Source: a virus | Direction: 5' to 3' (one strand) | Length of the DNA stretch: 64,000 nucleotides | IMG/VR virus record: IMGVR_UViG_3300020182_000007 | Shown here: piece by piece, positions 19,531 through 29,217 of the stretch | Position numbering within the stretch: the first letter of the stretch is position 1 | How the letters are laid out: each line of letters opens with the position of its first letter | Position numbers and translations under genes: made by a program | The notes under the pieces: generated by a model | Database searches by the model: none | Seen by the model: only the letters and a program-made list of their open reading frames with translations | What the model was told of the DNA's origin: nothing

Positions 19531-20133
19531 CTATATAACTATAGATCTGATGTTCCGTATGCTCCATTGACGCTCCTTGTGCCAATCGATCCAGAGTAGC
19601 TGGGGAGCTTGGGGTCTGTATCTTAACCAGGGATCTAGTGGATCAGTAGTTCCACTAGGTAGTAATCTATGGAACTCGGGAGTTACTACTACGCAGAGTG
19701 TTGTTTGGAGCAGTGTCTTTATAGTGCCTAGTAGGTTTGGACTACTAGTGTCTAGAGCCTGTAGTTGGTTAGTGTACCATATGCGTTCGTTAGTATGTTC
19801 TAGCTGGATACCCTTCTCGTTGTTACTACCCTTTTGGGTCTTATTATGTAGATATTGAAGTAGTGCCTCCCTGGTCCATATGCTCTGTCCTAGAAATTTC
19901 TGATTTATTACGCCATTTGGGGTCCACCTCTTGTTGCTTAGATCCCATAGTATATGTTTGTTAATTCTTTCTCGAATGTAGTTATGGGGTCTGCCACTCT
20001 CTAGGTGGTACGCTATATCTTGTGTAACATAATCTAATATATGGGGACAGATCTTTAACTGGGGAAGGTCTGAGTAGTTAACCCGTTCCAACCCGTCAAG
20101 TAGTTTAGTATCTATATCTTTAAATGGGATCAT
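19531..20133 (-). CDS. Hypothetical protein, possible HNH-like nuclease
   Basis: QLEHTNER...VVVTPEFHRLL...DPWLRY pattern. Confidence 0.5.
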   Translation of the reverse strand: MIPFKDIDTKLLDGLERVNYSDLPQLKICPHILDYVTQDIAYHLESGRPHNYIRERINKHILWDLSNKRWTPNGVINQKFLGQSIWTREALLQYLHNKTQKGSNNEKGIQLEHTNERIWYTNQLQALDTSSPNLLGTIKTLLQTTLCVVVTPEFHRLLPSGTTDPLDPWLRYRPQAPQLLWIDWHKERQWSIRNIRSIVI

Positions 20134-20579
20134 TATGCTAATTCCATTTGGGGTTGGTTCATAACGAATACTTTGTCAGCCCAAGTCTTGCTATTAACTG
20201 CTCTATATTGGTCTTGGTTATATAGGTTTGTGTTGAACCATAATTGGTTAACTGTTCCTATATCTAATCCCATCATGATTGCTTCGTCCATTATAAGGAT
20301 CTTATTTCCCCTTTTCGCGAATACTGTGAAGTATGTATCGGATCCAACTGGCTTATATTCTACTGTATGTAGGGCTCCTTTCTTATAGCTACTTAATACT
20401 CCTGCTGGGTTTTCGTATAATCTTTGATCATCGAAGTCTCTTGCGTCGTTACAGGTCATATAACCCGCTTGACATTTAGTTATAAATCTGAATTTACCTG
20501 CTCCGGTAGGATAGTGGAGGTTATTAATGATGTCTACTGATTGGATTCCTGTCCTGTTGATAATGTTTTTGTTCTTCAT
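20133..20579 (-). CDS. Hypothetical early protein
   Basis: 148 aa directly downstream of the promoter repeat at 20603..20679 with CATACACC-ATG leader. Confidence 0.75.
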   Translation of the reverse strand: MKNKNIINRTGIQSVDIINNLHYPTGAGKFRFITKCQAGYMTCNDARDFDDQRLYENPAGVLSSYKKGALHTVEYKPVGSDTYFTVFAKRGNKILIMDEAIMMGLDIGTVNQLWFNTNLYNQDQYRAVNSKTWADKVFVMNQPQMELA

Positions 20580-20762
20580 GGTGTATGTTATTTAGTTATT
20601 TAATTATAGTATAAATATAATCATTTTTATTGACATAAAAAAACTTTTGTGCACTTATTTTCAAAAAAGTTATTAACAATTACTTGTCCCAATAGTGGAA
20701 GATCCTGTTTATAACAACAAATGCTACTGCTGCGATAAATGCCAGTTTGATTAGTAGTATCA

Positions 20763-21119
20763 TTAGTAAAAGAGTGACATTGCTGATTCTAATCCCCTTT
20801 CAGTTGCTATATGAAATGAGTCCAGGCGGGGGTTTAAATTAGGACTCCCTTTATATTCTATTAGAGCTGCTTTAATAGCTCCCTTTTTGGTTTTAGCCCA
20901 TATAGTATTCCAACCTCCTCCTTCGAATGTAAACATATATTGCTTATTAACAAAGACTCTAGGTGTGCGCTCTGACTTAATTATTCCGGCATTATTAATC
21001 TTATTAAGAATATCAGAGATAGTATTGTGCTTAACGCCTTGACCTACTAGAGCGTCCTGTAGATCAGTTAGGGCTTCTTTAATTAGCTGTTCTTCTGCTA
21101 GTGTAATTGAAATGTTCAT
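20763..21119 (-). CDS. Hypothetical early protein
   Basis: 118 aa behind promoter repeat 21135-21193. Confidence 0.75.
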   Translation of the reverse strand: MNISITLAEEQLIKEALTDLQDALVGQGVKHNTISDILNKINNAGIIKSERTPRVFVNKQYMFTFEGGGWNTIWAKTKKGAIKAALIEYKGSPNLNPRLDSFHIATERGLESAMSLFY

Positions 21120-21191
21120 GTTGTTTGTTTTTTAATTATAGTATAAATATAATCATTTTATTTGACATAAAAAAACTTTTGTGCACTTATT

Positions 21192-21479
21192 TTAGCATAA
21201 ATTTAAAATTCTATTCTTTGAATATCCTAATTCGCTTATTGCCCAATCAACGGCTAATTCCATATTAGGAGTTATGATAGGATATTCATTAGTCCTATCA
21301 AGGATTCTCTTGACTTCTAATACCCTGAGCTTAACAGCTGCTGTGGATCTTCCAAGATCTACCGCTATCTGCTTACATAGAACTGATTGGTCTATTCGGG
21401 TAACTCCTTTTAAATAGGATTCGATAAATTGTTTTGATTCGGCAAGTGGCCATGCCTCGTAGTGTTTCTCGCTTTTCAT
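21192..21479 (-). CDS. Hypothetical early protein, possible HTH/Myb-like
   Basis: W...E...F...IAVDLGRSTAAVKLR pattern; promoter repeat upstream. Confidence 0.65.
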   Translation of the reverse strand: MKSEKHYEAWPLAESKQFIESYLKGVTRIDQSVLCKQIAVDLGRSTAAVKLRVLEVKRILDRTNEYPIITPNMELAVDWAISELGYSKNRILNLC

Positions 21480-21824
21480 ATTGTATGTTTTTTAATTATA
21501 GTACTAATATAAACAAAATCCATGACATAAAAAAACTTTTAGTGATTTATTTTTAAAAAACTTTTCCGCTTCGGTCTATAGATATAGGGGGAGGCTCTCT
21601 ACTTGCCTATCTATGGCTTATATTATAGGTCCGTTCCTGTGAAAGTTTCACAAAAATAGTTGCCATTTTATTTTTTTGTTTCATGGATTTTGTTTATATT
21701 TGTATTGACGCACTATTTTCGAGGGTGAATATGATTGTTAATAACTTTTTGAAAATAAATCACTAAAAGTTTTTCCGATTGAATTAAAATGATTATATTT
21801 AACTATAATTAAAAAACATACAAT

Positions 21825-22061
21825 ATGAAGTCTATCCTTAAGAAGTCTATCCTTAAATTACGAGTTGGCCAACTCGCGCTAGCTGTAATCGCAATCTTAT
21901 TTACAGCTGCAATAGCAATACCGTTCCTAATTAAAATGTTCTTTACTGGGTTACTATACTCTATGGAGAATCCTATAATGGCTATTATTATATCAGGATC
22001 ATTTATTGCTGGAATGCTGGTTAACGAAGCTGCAACTAGATTAGATAGTAAAAATTGTTAA
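21825..22061 (+). CDS. Small two-TM membrane protein
   Basis: Two hydrophobic stretches; promoter repeat upstream. Confidence 0.7.
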   Translation: MKSILKKSILKLRVGQLALAVIAILFTAAIAIPFLIKMFFTGLLYSMENPIMAIIISGSFIAGMLVNEAATRLDSKNC

Positions 22062-22149
22062 TAACTTTTTGAAAATAAATCACTAAAAGTTTTTCCGATT
22101 CATTTTAAATGATTATATTTATACTATAATTAAATAACTAAATAACACC

Positions 22150-22314
22150 ATGAAAAATTACACTTACGACCGTTCTACTCCTGATTACTCTACTAAGATT
22201 GAATATTATCAAGCACAGTTATCTAATGCTGTCGATGATCTTAATATCGACAGGATCAATTTCTTTGCAGGTAAACTTACATATTTCGTTAACCGTCAGT
22301 TGGCTGTCTCGTAA
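22150..22314 (+). CDS. Hypothetical early protein (54 aa, not in ORF track)
   Basis: MKNYTYDRSTPDYSTKIEYYQAQLSNAVDDLNIDRINFFAGKLTYFVNRQLAVS, sandwiched between two promoter repeats. Confidence 0.75.
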   Translation: MKNYTYDRSTPDYSTKIEYYQAQLSNAVDDLNIDRINFFAGKLTYFVNRQLAVS

Positions 22315-22405
22315 TTGTTAATAACTTTTTGAAAATAATTCACCAAACAGTTTCCTATATCAAAGAAATTGTTTATATTTATACTATAATTAAAAAACAT
22401 ACCAC

Positions 22406-22720
22406 ATGAAAAACACTATCATCATTACAACGCAGTACCAAGAAAATTACGGAGCTCACGATTGGGACGGAACTGGAAGTTGTCCACAACATTGGAAAAA
22501 CAAAGGGTCTCACCTATTCAGTATCGAACTAGATTCTGATATATTAATGTACTGTAGAGACGCGGAAGCAGTATTTTCTAAAATGTGCGCAGAGCATAAC
22601 AATGATTATGAGCGCTTCGAATATTCACATCACGATATCCAATGGAATAAGCCTACCGAGTTAGGTACTTCTGAAGAGTTCTTAAAGGTTAATTCAGAAC
22701 TTAATCCTGAATTAGCCTAA
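22406..22720 (+). CDS. Conserved hypothetical phage protein
   Basis: TQYQENYGAHDWDGTGSCPQHWKNKG motif; promoter repeat upstream. Confidence 0.75.
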   Translation: MKNTIIITTQYQENYGAHDWDGTGSCPQHWKNKGSHLFSIELDSDILMYCRDAEAVFSKMCAEHNNDYERFEYSHHDIQWNKPTELGTSEEFLKVNSELNPELA

Positions 22721-22775
22721 TACATACTGAAACAAATTCAATTAATCTCATATAATAATAAATAAATCTTAATTT

Positions 22776-23906
22776 ATGTCAATACAAACACTATCAGCAC
22801 AGGTCTTAACAGATCGCAGAAAACAAACAATGAACGCTCAAGCTTTACGTAAGACCGTTCCAGTTAGACAAATAAATATCATCGATGACAAAACTCTAGA
22901 GTTTGATGGTAAACGTTTAGAGATGACTTCAGTCGCATTTAAGAGCTTAATGCAAATCATTGGAATGTCTCAGACATTTGCTAATAAATTCGAAAGACTA
23001 TTCGATTCTACTACTAAAGCAAAATTCATTAATCAAATGAAAAATGCGATGGCAGCCCAGATGAATGATTTAACGATGATAGTTTCTCCAATACAACGTA
23101 AGGTTGTTGGGTTCTCTAAGACTGCTACTGAAATGATTAGTCATGACCGATTCCTTGGTATCGCTGATCAATTAGTAGACCAACATGGTTTCTCAATTTC
23201 AAATTGGGGAATATCTCCTGATGGAAGTGTAACAATAAATGCTTTTAATCCTAAAGCCCAATTCGAAGTTGGACTTAATGATGAGGTATTTACTGCTGGT
23301 TTAACTATGAAAAACGGTCCACTAACTGGTATCGAGGTTTCACCTTACGTTAATCGACTATGGTGTTCTAATGGTTTAACCACCAACTTTGCTGAAGATA
23401 ACTACAAGTTACAGAACTTAACCCCTGAATCTATGGAGAACTTCTACCAACATATGTCTGAATTACGTAAGAATGGTTTTGTCCCAACCGACTTTACCAA
23501 CACTGTTAAACGAGCTATTGATACTCCAGCATCTCTATGGGAATTAGAGAGAGGTCATAACATTATCAAAAAGCACGTTGGAGAAAGAGCTGATTCATAT
23601 ATTCCACTAACTGAAAACCAATTAGCATACTCTCAACTAGGAACAGATGTTAATAACCTATCAGCCGATCAAAAGAAACGAGCACGTTCCAATCAATCAA
23701 TATGGTCTCTTGTTAATGGTATCACACACGTTGGTACACATGCTGCAGAAGAACTAGCATTCGATATGACTGATGCTGACAACACTAACTTAATGGTTAG
23801 AGCTGGAAACATCTTAGGTTCCAATTGGAATTTATCAAACGAAATGCCAAGTCCATTCGCTGCGAAGTTAGATGCTAGTGCGCAAGTAGGAGCTCTACTT
23901 AACTAA
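22776..23906 (+). CDS. DUF932-like protein
   Basis: 376 aa with the RLWCSNG signature (RLxCxNG). Confidence 0.75.
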   Translation: MSIQTLSAQVLTDRRKQTMNAQALRKTVPVRQINIIDDKTLEFDGKRLEMTSVAFKSLMQIIGMSQTFANKFERLFDSTTKAKFINQMKNAMAAQMNDLTMIVSPIQRKVVGFSKTATEMISHDRFLGIADQLVDQHGFSISNWGISPDGSVTINAFNPKAQFEVGLNDEVFTAGLTMKNGPLTGIEVSPYVNRLWCSNGLTTNFAEDNYKLQNLTPESMENFYQHMSELRKNGFVPTDFTNTVKRAIDTPASLWELERGHNIIKKHVGERADSYIPLTENQLAYSQLGTDVNNLSADQKKRARSNQSIWSLVNGITHVGTHAAEELAFDMTDADNTNLMVRAGNILGSNWNLSNEMPSPFAAKLDASAQVGALLN

Positions 23907-23924
23907 CAATTGATTATGAATTCT

Positions 23925-23952
23925 AAAGGGTCCCTTTATTGGGGCCCTTTTT
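23925..23952 (+). terminator. Rho-independent terminator
   Basis: aaagggtccc-tttatt-ggggcccttttt. Confidence 0.75.
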
Positions 23953-23996
23953 AATGAACATTTTAAGGGACGGACCAGTAGCATAACTAGATTGAT

Positions 23997-24068
23997 GGCC
24001 CCATAGTTAAAGGGATATAACCTGGGTTTTCTAAACCTATATTCCAAGTTCGAATCTTGGTGGGGTCA
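23997..24068 (+). tRNA. tRNA-Arg (anticodon UCU)
   Basis: Acceptor GGCCCCA/TGGGGTC, D arm GTTA..TAAC, anticodon stem TGGGT/ACCTA with loop TT-TCT-AA, T arm CCAAG-TTCGAAT-CTTGG; CCA not encoded. Confidence 0.93.
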
Positions 24069-24192
24069 CTGAAATTGATTAACTAATATAACTATCATAA
24101 ACTATAACAGACACACAGGATCATTAGGGAGTATGAATAGAGCAGCACTTAATTCTAGACAAAGCTTAAGTCTCATGTTCTAAGTCCCTCTT

Positions 24193-24218
24193 AAGAGCTA
24201 CCTTCGGGTAGCTCTTTT
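24193..24218 (+). terminator. UUCG-loop terminator
   Basis: aagagctacc-ttcg-ggtagctctttt. Confidence 0.85.
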
Positions 24219-24315
24219 ATTGTTAATAACTTTTTTGAAAATAAGTGCACAAAAGTTTTTTTATGTCAATAAAAATGATTATATTTATACTATAATTAAT
24301 TAAATAACAAACACC

Positions 24316-24501
24316 ATGACACAATTAGAATTATTCGAAAAACCTAAAAACCTAACAGGAGAAGATGCATGGAAAGTTGCGAAAGCAGTTGCAACTGGAG
24401 CCTATTCTTATAAAGCCGCCGAGGAAATGGTTGCTAGCACTAAACAATTAGACGATGATCTAATGTACATAGAAGAAATTGCTCATTCCTACCGTTATTA
24501 A
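24316..24501 (+). CDS. Hypothetical early protein
   Basis: 61 aa between promoter repeats. Confidence 0.7.
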   Translation: MTQLELFEKPKNLTGEDAWKVAKAVATGAYSYKAAEEMVASTKQLDDDLMYIEEIAHSYRY

Positions 24502-24600
24502 TTGTTAATAACTTTTTGAAAATAAATCACCGAAAGTTTTCCCGATTCATTTTAAATGATTATATTTATACTATAATTAAATAACTAAATAACATACACT

Positions 24601-24888
24601 ATGTCGAACTACACAAAAATTGCAAACCTCATCAAAACAACCGATTTAACTTCTCAAGAATTAAGAGACCTAAACGAACTTGTAATCCAAGAATCAAAGA
24701 ATCTTAGATCAATTAAATCCCGATCGATTAAACAATCTCTTTCAGTTGGTATGCCAGTAATGGTTGATCACCCTTCACATAAGAGTACAGTGTTCACTAT
24801 TAAGAAAATCAATAGAACTAAGCTGGTTATAACAGATTCTAAAGGTCGTAACATGCAGGCTCCTATCTCTATGATTATCCCAATGTAA
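24601..24888 (+). CDS. Hypothetical early protein, SH3/KOW-like C-terminus
   Basis: LSVGMPVMV...FTIKKINRTKLVIT beta pattern; promoter repeat upstream. Confidence 0.7.
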   Translation: MSNYTKIANLIKTTDLTSQELRDLNELVIQESKNLRSIKSRSIKQSLSVGMPVMVDHPSHKSTVFTIKKINRTKLVITDSKGRNMQAPISMIIPM

Positions 24889-24983
24889 TCAATTGTTAAT
24901 AACTTTTCAAAAAGAATTCACCAAACAGTTTCCTATATCAAATAAATTGTTTATATTTATACTATAATTAAAAGAAAAACAAA

Positions 24984-25169
24984 ATGAAAATAATCGTAGC
25001 ACAGTACCTCATCGAACAATCAAATGACACAATCATGATCAAAGACGCTAAGTCTAGAGATCTATTAAAAGCAAAAGTTTACCGTCCACAAGAGGTAGAT
25101 CAAAAATTCAAAGATATCGTAAAGGTATATGAGGAGAAGTTTAAGTGTAAAGGAACTAAAGCCTTTTAA
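24984..25169 (+). CDS. Hypothetical early protein
   Basis: 61 aa between promoter repeats. Confidence 0.7.
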   Translation: MKIIVAQYLIEQSNDTIMIKDAKSRDLLKAKVYRPQEVDQKFKDIVKVYEEKFKCKGTKAF

Positions 25170-25262
25170 TTGTTAATAACTTCTTGAAAATACTTCACTA
25201 AAAGTTTTCAGGATAGAATTAAAATGTTTATATTTATACTATAATTAATTAATACACCACAT

Positions 25263-26378
25263 ATGATATACAAAATTCAAAGAGTACGCCCAGACTTAAT
25301 CCACCTTAACAGTGTTGAAACAAACGAGGTAATCGAAATCCTAACAAATCACGATCGCTATGGAGCAGTAGAGAGATACCTCAACGACGGAAAACTCTTA
25401 TCAATCTCAGATCGTGGAACCTGGTCAGGTCGCAAAGACTACGAGGGTTACTATGCTCAAGAGAACTCACAAAAGAGAAAAGAGGCAGGAGACCTTAAGA
25501 TTAACCTTACCAAACTGGACGATCTTGCTTTCTCTGACGAGTTATTCATTCCAATGTCTACTGGAACCTCAATCGACAATTTTCTTTCAAACGAAGGCGG
25601 TTTCCTACCAGGAACTAACAACATGATCACTGGAGCTCCAGGAGTCGGTAAAACAACTGTACTACTTGAAGCTATATACAACGTACAAAAGAGTAATCCA
25701 AAACGTAAAGTCTTGTTTATCTCTGCTGAAATGAACCAATTGGATATGGCGCGCTACCTAAAACGTTTCCCACATTGGGGACAGTTACCTATCTTATTCC
25801 TTAGCGACTACACTGACGATAACTCTAAAGAAGTTTTGGAAGCCACTCTTAATCAAGGTTGGGACCTAGTACTAACTGACTCCTATACTGAAGTAAACGA
25901 TACCGTAAAAGAGCAGTCTGGTATGTCAAGAGGTAAAACTGAAAAGTGGTGGTTAACTCAAATGACCCTACAGAATAAAGGTAACAACAAACTAAAAAAG
26001 TACACTACGTTCCTAACTATTCTACAGTTATCTAAAGGTGGTACATTCGTTGGAAGTAATAAGCTAAAGCACATGACCACAGCAATGATGAAGATGGACT
26101 GGAAAGGTACAGAAAACTCAGGCCAAAGATACATGGAATTCAGCAAGAACCGAGTAGGAGATGTAGGTAAGAAATTATTCTTTAACTTCGATAATGGAGT
26201 TCAATACGATGAGGCAAGATACAAAAGAGACCTACTCAACGAGGAGATGGTTAAAGAAGAGGTAGAAAAGCTAAAGACTGAGGAAGATGCATTCGACAGA
26301 TTATTCGGTAACCTACAATCAGAAGCAGAAACAGTAGAAGCCCTAAATGAAACCCCTACCATTATAGTAGACAAATAA
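25263..26378 (+). CDS. RadA/Sms-like RecA-fold ATPase (no Zn finger or Lon domain)
   Basis: GAPGVGKTT, ISAEM, LVLTDS, KGGTFVGSNKLKH, KNRVG (cf. KNRFG). Confidence 0.85.
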   Translation: MIYKIQRVRPDLIHLNSVETNEVIEILTNHDRYGAVERYLNDGKLLSISDRGTWSGRKDYEGYYAQENSQKRKEAGDLKINLTKLDDLAFSDELFIPMSTGTSIDNFLSNEGGFLPGTNNMITGAPGVGKTTVLLEAIYNVQKSNPKRKVLFISAEMNQLDMARYLKRFPHWGQLPILFLSDYTDDNSKEVLEATLNQGWDLVLTDSYTEVNDTVKEQSGMSRGKTEKWWLTQMTLQNKGNNKLKKYTTFLTILQLSKGGTFVGSNKLKHMTTAMMKMDWKGTENSGQRYMEFSKNRVGDVGKKLFFNFDNGVQYDEARYKRDLLNEEMVKEEVEKLKTEEDAFDRLFGNLQSEAETVEALNETPTIIVDK

Positions 26379-26399
26379 GAACTACAACCTGCTGGATAA

Positions 26400-27100
26400 G
26401 GTTTAAACCAGCTTTTTAATTATAGAAGGAATTGGGAGGTCGTGGTGTCCTCCCTTTTCTATGCACCACAGTCAGGTGGATATTTCAAATCTGTAGCAGG
26501 GTACGAAAGAATGGTATTCACCCTAGTAGTGAGCCAGGTTGAATTGTTTCAAATCTGTAGCAGGGTACCAAGAGTTTTGGACCCTCTTGGCTCAATCCTT
26601 GACACTGGTGTGGTCCTATTGGTATACTATAAGCCATTTTGGCCTGTGTGAGGGGTTGGGGTTACTTACTGGATCACCGGATAATGAAATATTTTGATCG
26701 GTAAGCAGGGTAACTCCGGTTATTGGATACTTTTGGATCCCAATTAATTCCGGTGCAACGGGTGCAAACCATGTGGGCAATAGGCTCCGGCCCGTCTGCG
26801 TTCTGTGTGCGTATGGATGGAGGGGTTTAATAGGTAACCCGCTCAAATGGATAACTTTTGAACATTGGGGGTTGCAGCCCCTACGCGCGCGTGTATTGGG
26901 GGTGGACTGGGTGAGCTTGGATCTTCCTGTATATCTTTTTAGGGGGTATTGGGGTATGGGGAGGAGTTTGGTTAGCTCTATCTTATATACTATTCTTATT
27001 CTATTATCCTTGTTACTTAGTTGTTTAGCTCCTTCTTTAACTCTATCTTGGTCTTTATTATTAATGTTGTTTTGGGTGGGGGATTCCCCTCCACGAGCGG
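26400..27100. other. Second GC-rich non-coding block
   Basis: 22-bp direct repeat tttcaaatctgtagcagggtac (26483, 26547), acgcgcgcgt, clustered G-runs at 26860-26965; strand-switch point. Confidence 0.65.
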
Positions 27101-27103
27101 ACC

Positions 27104-29185
27104 CTACGACCTTTGAATCTTGAGGGGTATTGCTTTTAGGAGTCGTTTAGTATTAAATTGCTGTAGGTCGTGTTGATGTGTTAGTTGTTGGATTTGGAGT
27201 GGATCTTGTATTTGATTGATTGGGATTGGGTTGAAGTGGGGTTTATGACTGTTTGGTTGATCGTTCCAACGTGTAAATACTGTATAGTCTATAGAGGACC
27301 AGAAATCGTAGAACTTAATGTCGTCTCCGTTAATCATATCAGAGGCTCTAAGCCATACTACTGGTAGTTTATATGCTACTGCTGTAATTATACCATGTAG
27401 ACTTGTCGATGCTATATGTTCGCACTCCATCATTTGATCTACTACACTCTCGATATCATTTGTATTAAGGTCAATTATCTTTACATCGGGTAGATTGCCC
27501 CACATTCGGTTAATTTGTTCCCAGTCTACCAGATGGGGTACAATTCCTATCTTATATTTCTTAGGGGGTTTGGGATTATAGTATAGGGGTAAGAGCATTC
27601 CAGGATCACCGAATACCTTTGGACATTTCCATCCCAGGTTTTCTATTTGTTTCTGGGAGAATCTTCCACGTACTGCTACCCATTCCTTTGCCTGACCAAA
27701 ATCAGCTTGATCAATATTACGGATACCTGATCCCCAAACTGTTGTATTTGGATTGGCTAATCTCATAATAGAACCTACACCAAGTACTACATTTGGATCA
27801 CTAAGATTACATGGTTTTTTAAGATGTACTCCAAAGATCTTTTGTACTAGCCATGGAGTTATTTCATCTCCAAAGTTATATCCTTTCTGGGGTCTGTACC
27901 ACCATACTGATTGTTCTAGTTGGGGTTCTTTATGTTTCATATCTAATGTTAGTTGTTTCCAATTCTCCAGTATTTTGAGAATGTTTTGGTTTCTAATATG
28001 CCCGATTCTGGAGAAATCCCATGGTTTGTGTCGATGCAGATGTGCGATGTTTATTGTTTGAAGAATATCATTTTGTTCGTCCTCTTCATATAGATAATAA
28101 TAGTTCCATTCAGGCCCAACATGGGTTAATAATTCAGGATCCATGAGCATTAAATACATGCTTAGTAGAGAATCATCACCCTTTCTTGGATATCCAAGCT
28201 GTTTAGTCTTATTAAATAGGGATACCATTCCCTCGTAGAACTTATTATCTACACATGATTGGTTATTAAAGAATAGTACTCCGCTGTTTACTCCTAGTAT
28301 TTCTCGATTGTATTTTCTATTGAAGTGTTTTTCTATTTCCGAAACCTTACCAACCTGCTCTAGAAATCCATAGCACGTTACTTTTTGATTTGGATAGAGT
28401 CTTCCCTGTCTTCTTTCTGCGGCACCAATCATTTTAATGTTGTTAAGCCACTTCAAGTTTAATGGTTGTACGCAATAGGTATCAACATCAACACTCATTG
28501 AATATTTATAACCAAGTTGATTAAATATCTCTGGTCCTTTATAGATCCAAAAACATTCACTTGGATAGGGCCAATCTTTTCCAATTTTAAATACAGTACT
28601 TAGGTCTTGATAAATTACAGTAATATTACTTCTTTCGCATAGTGCATCTTCGGCATCTGTTAATCTATCTGCAGTAATAATAAAGAAATCAAACTTTCCA
28701 GGATTTTGTTTCTCGTACGATGCATAACTTGTTACCGCGTATTTTACGTAATTTGCATTAATTGAAGTAAATAGAGCTATTTTGTTAGCTATTATCTTCT
28801 TAGGTGTTTCGGGTAGAGTACTTTCAATTACAGTTGTCGTTTTTACATCTTGTTGTTTTTTCAAGATTTCTGTCTTTTTCTTTTGGAGCGCAGCCTGTAA
28901 TTTTTTTATGGAAATATCGTCCTTTATCTTCTGTAGCTCAAGTTCTTTAAGCCTGGCATCTTTATAACTACCTATTGATTCTAGATCGGTCCTTAGCTTT
29001 TTTATTTCAGCATTATTAGCAGCCATTTTAATTTGCAGATCATTGATTTCAGCATTTCTATCAGCAACCCTTTCTCCTAAAGTAGCAACTACTAACTTGC
29101 TGTCTGCAAGCTGTTTATGTAATTCTATTATTTTAGATTTATCAGAGTTGTCTCCGAAATGTCTTGTGTGATTTGCTCTTGCCAC
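27104..29185 (-). CDS. Coiled-coil + GT8-like glycosyltransferase + polysaccharide pyruvyl transferase fusion
   Basis: N-terminal heptads; DVD (DxD), NSGVLF, DDSLLS, WNY, H-KPW; then NFGDEI, GVGSI, VWGSG, AVRG, GDPG, TSLHG. Confidence 0.85.
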   Translation of the reverse strand: MARANHTRHFGDNSDKSKIIELHKQLADSKLVVATLGERVADRNAEINDLQIKMAANNAEIKKLRTDLESIGSYKDARLKELELQKIKDDISIKKLQAALQKKKTEILKKQQDVKTTTVIESTLPETPKKIIANKIALFTSINANYVKYAVTSYASYEKQNPGKFDFFIITADRLTDAEDALCERSNITVIYQDLSTVFKIGKDWPYPSECFWIYKGPEIFNQLGYKYSMSVDVDTYCVQPLNLKWLNNIKMIGAAERRQGRLYPNQKVTCYGFLEQVGKVSEIEKHFNRKYNREILGVNSGVLFFNNQSCVDNKFYEGMVSLFNKTKQLGYPRKGDDSLLSMYLMLMDPELLTHVGPEWNYYYLYEEDEQNDILQTINIAHLHRHKPWDFSRIGHIRNQNILKILENWKQLTLDMKHKEPQLEQSVWWYRPQKGYNFGDEITPWLVQKIFGVHLKKPCNLSDPNVVLGVGSIMRLANPNTTVWGSGIRNIDQADFGQAKEWVAVRGRFSQKQIENLGWKCPKVFGDPGMLLPLYYNPKPPKKYKIGIVPHLVDWEQINRMWGNLPDVKIIDLNTNDIESVVDQMMECEHIASTSLHGIITAVAYKLPVVWLRASDMINGDDIKFYDFWSSIDYTVFTRWNDQPNSHKPHFNPIPINQIQDPLQIQQLTHQHDLQQFNTKRLLKAIPLKIQRS

Positions 29186-29217
29186 CTTCGTAACTATATT
29201 TTAATCTATTTATCTGA

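Larger units (their letters stand above)
20603..25245. promoter_or_regulatory. Ten copies of a ~77-bp early-promoter repeat
   Basis: Consensus TTGTTAATAACTTTTTGAAAA-N~35-(G/T)TTATATTTATACTATAAT. Minus copies 20603-20679, 21135-21193 (partial), 21495-21563; plus copies 21735-21809, 22055-22130, 22315-22390, 24220-24296, 24502-24577, 24893-24968, 25170-25245; each lies about 15-25 nt upstream of an ATG. Confidence 0.85.

Noticed and set aside
18672-19538. ORFs 18672..18923, 18974..19216 and 19347..19538 as real genes
   Set aside because: Non-ATG starts, atypical GC-rich composition and no recognisable motifs; they lie in the palindromic non-coding block.
20603-25245. Regularly recurring repeats as a CRISPR array
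   Set aside because: Repeats are about 77 bp, face both directions and are separated by whole genes of variable length; they behave as promoters, and no cas operon is present.
26442-27123. ORFs 26442..26651, 26616..26846 and 26773..27123
   Set aside because: Mutually overlapping GTG/TTG-start ORFs in the GC-rich block without promoter repeats or phage-like codon usage.
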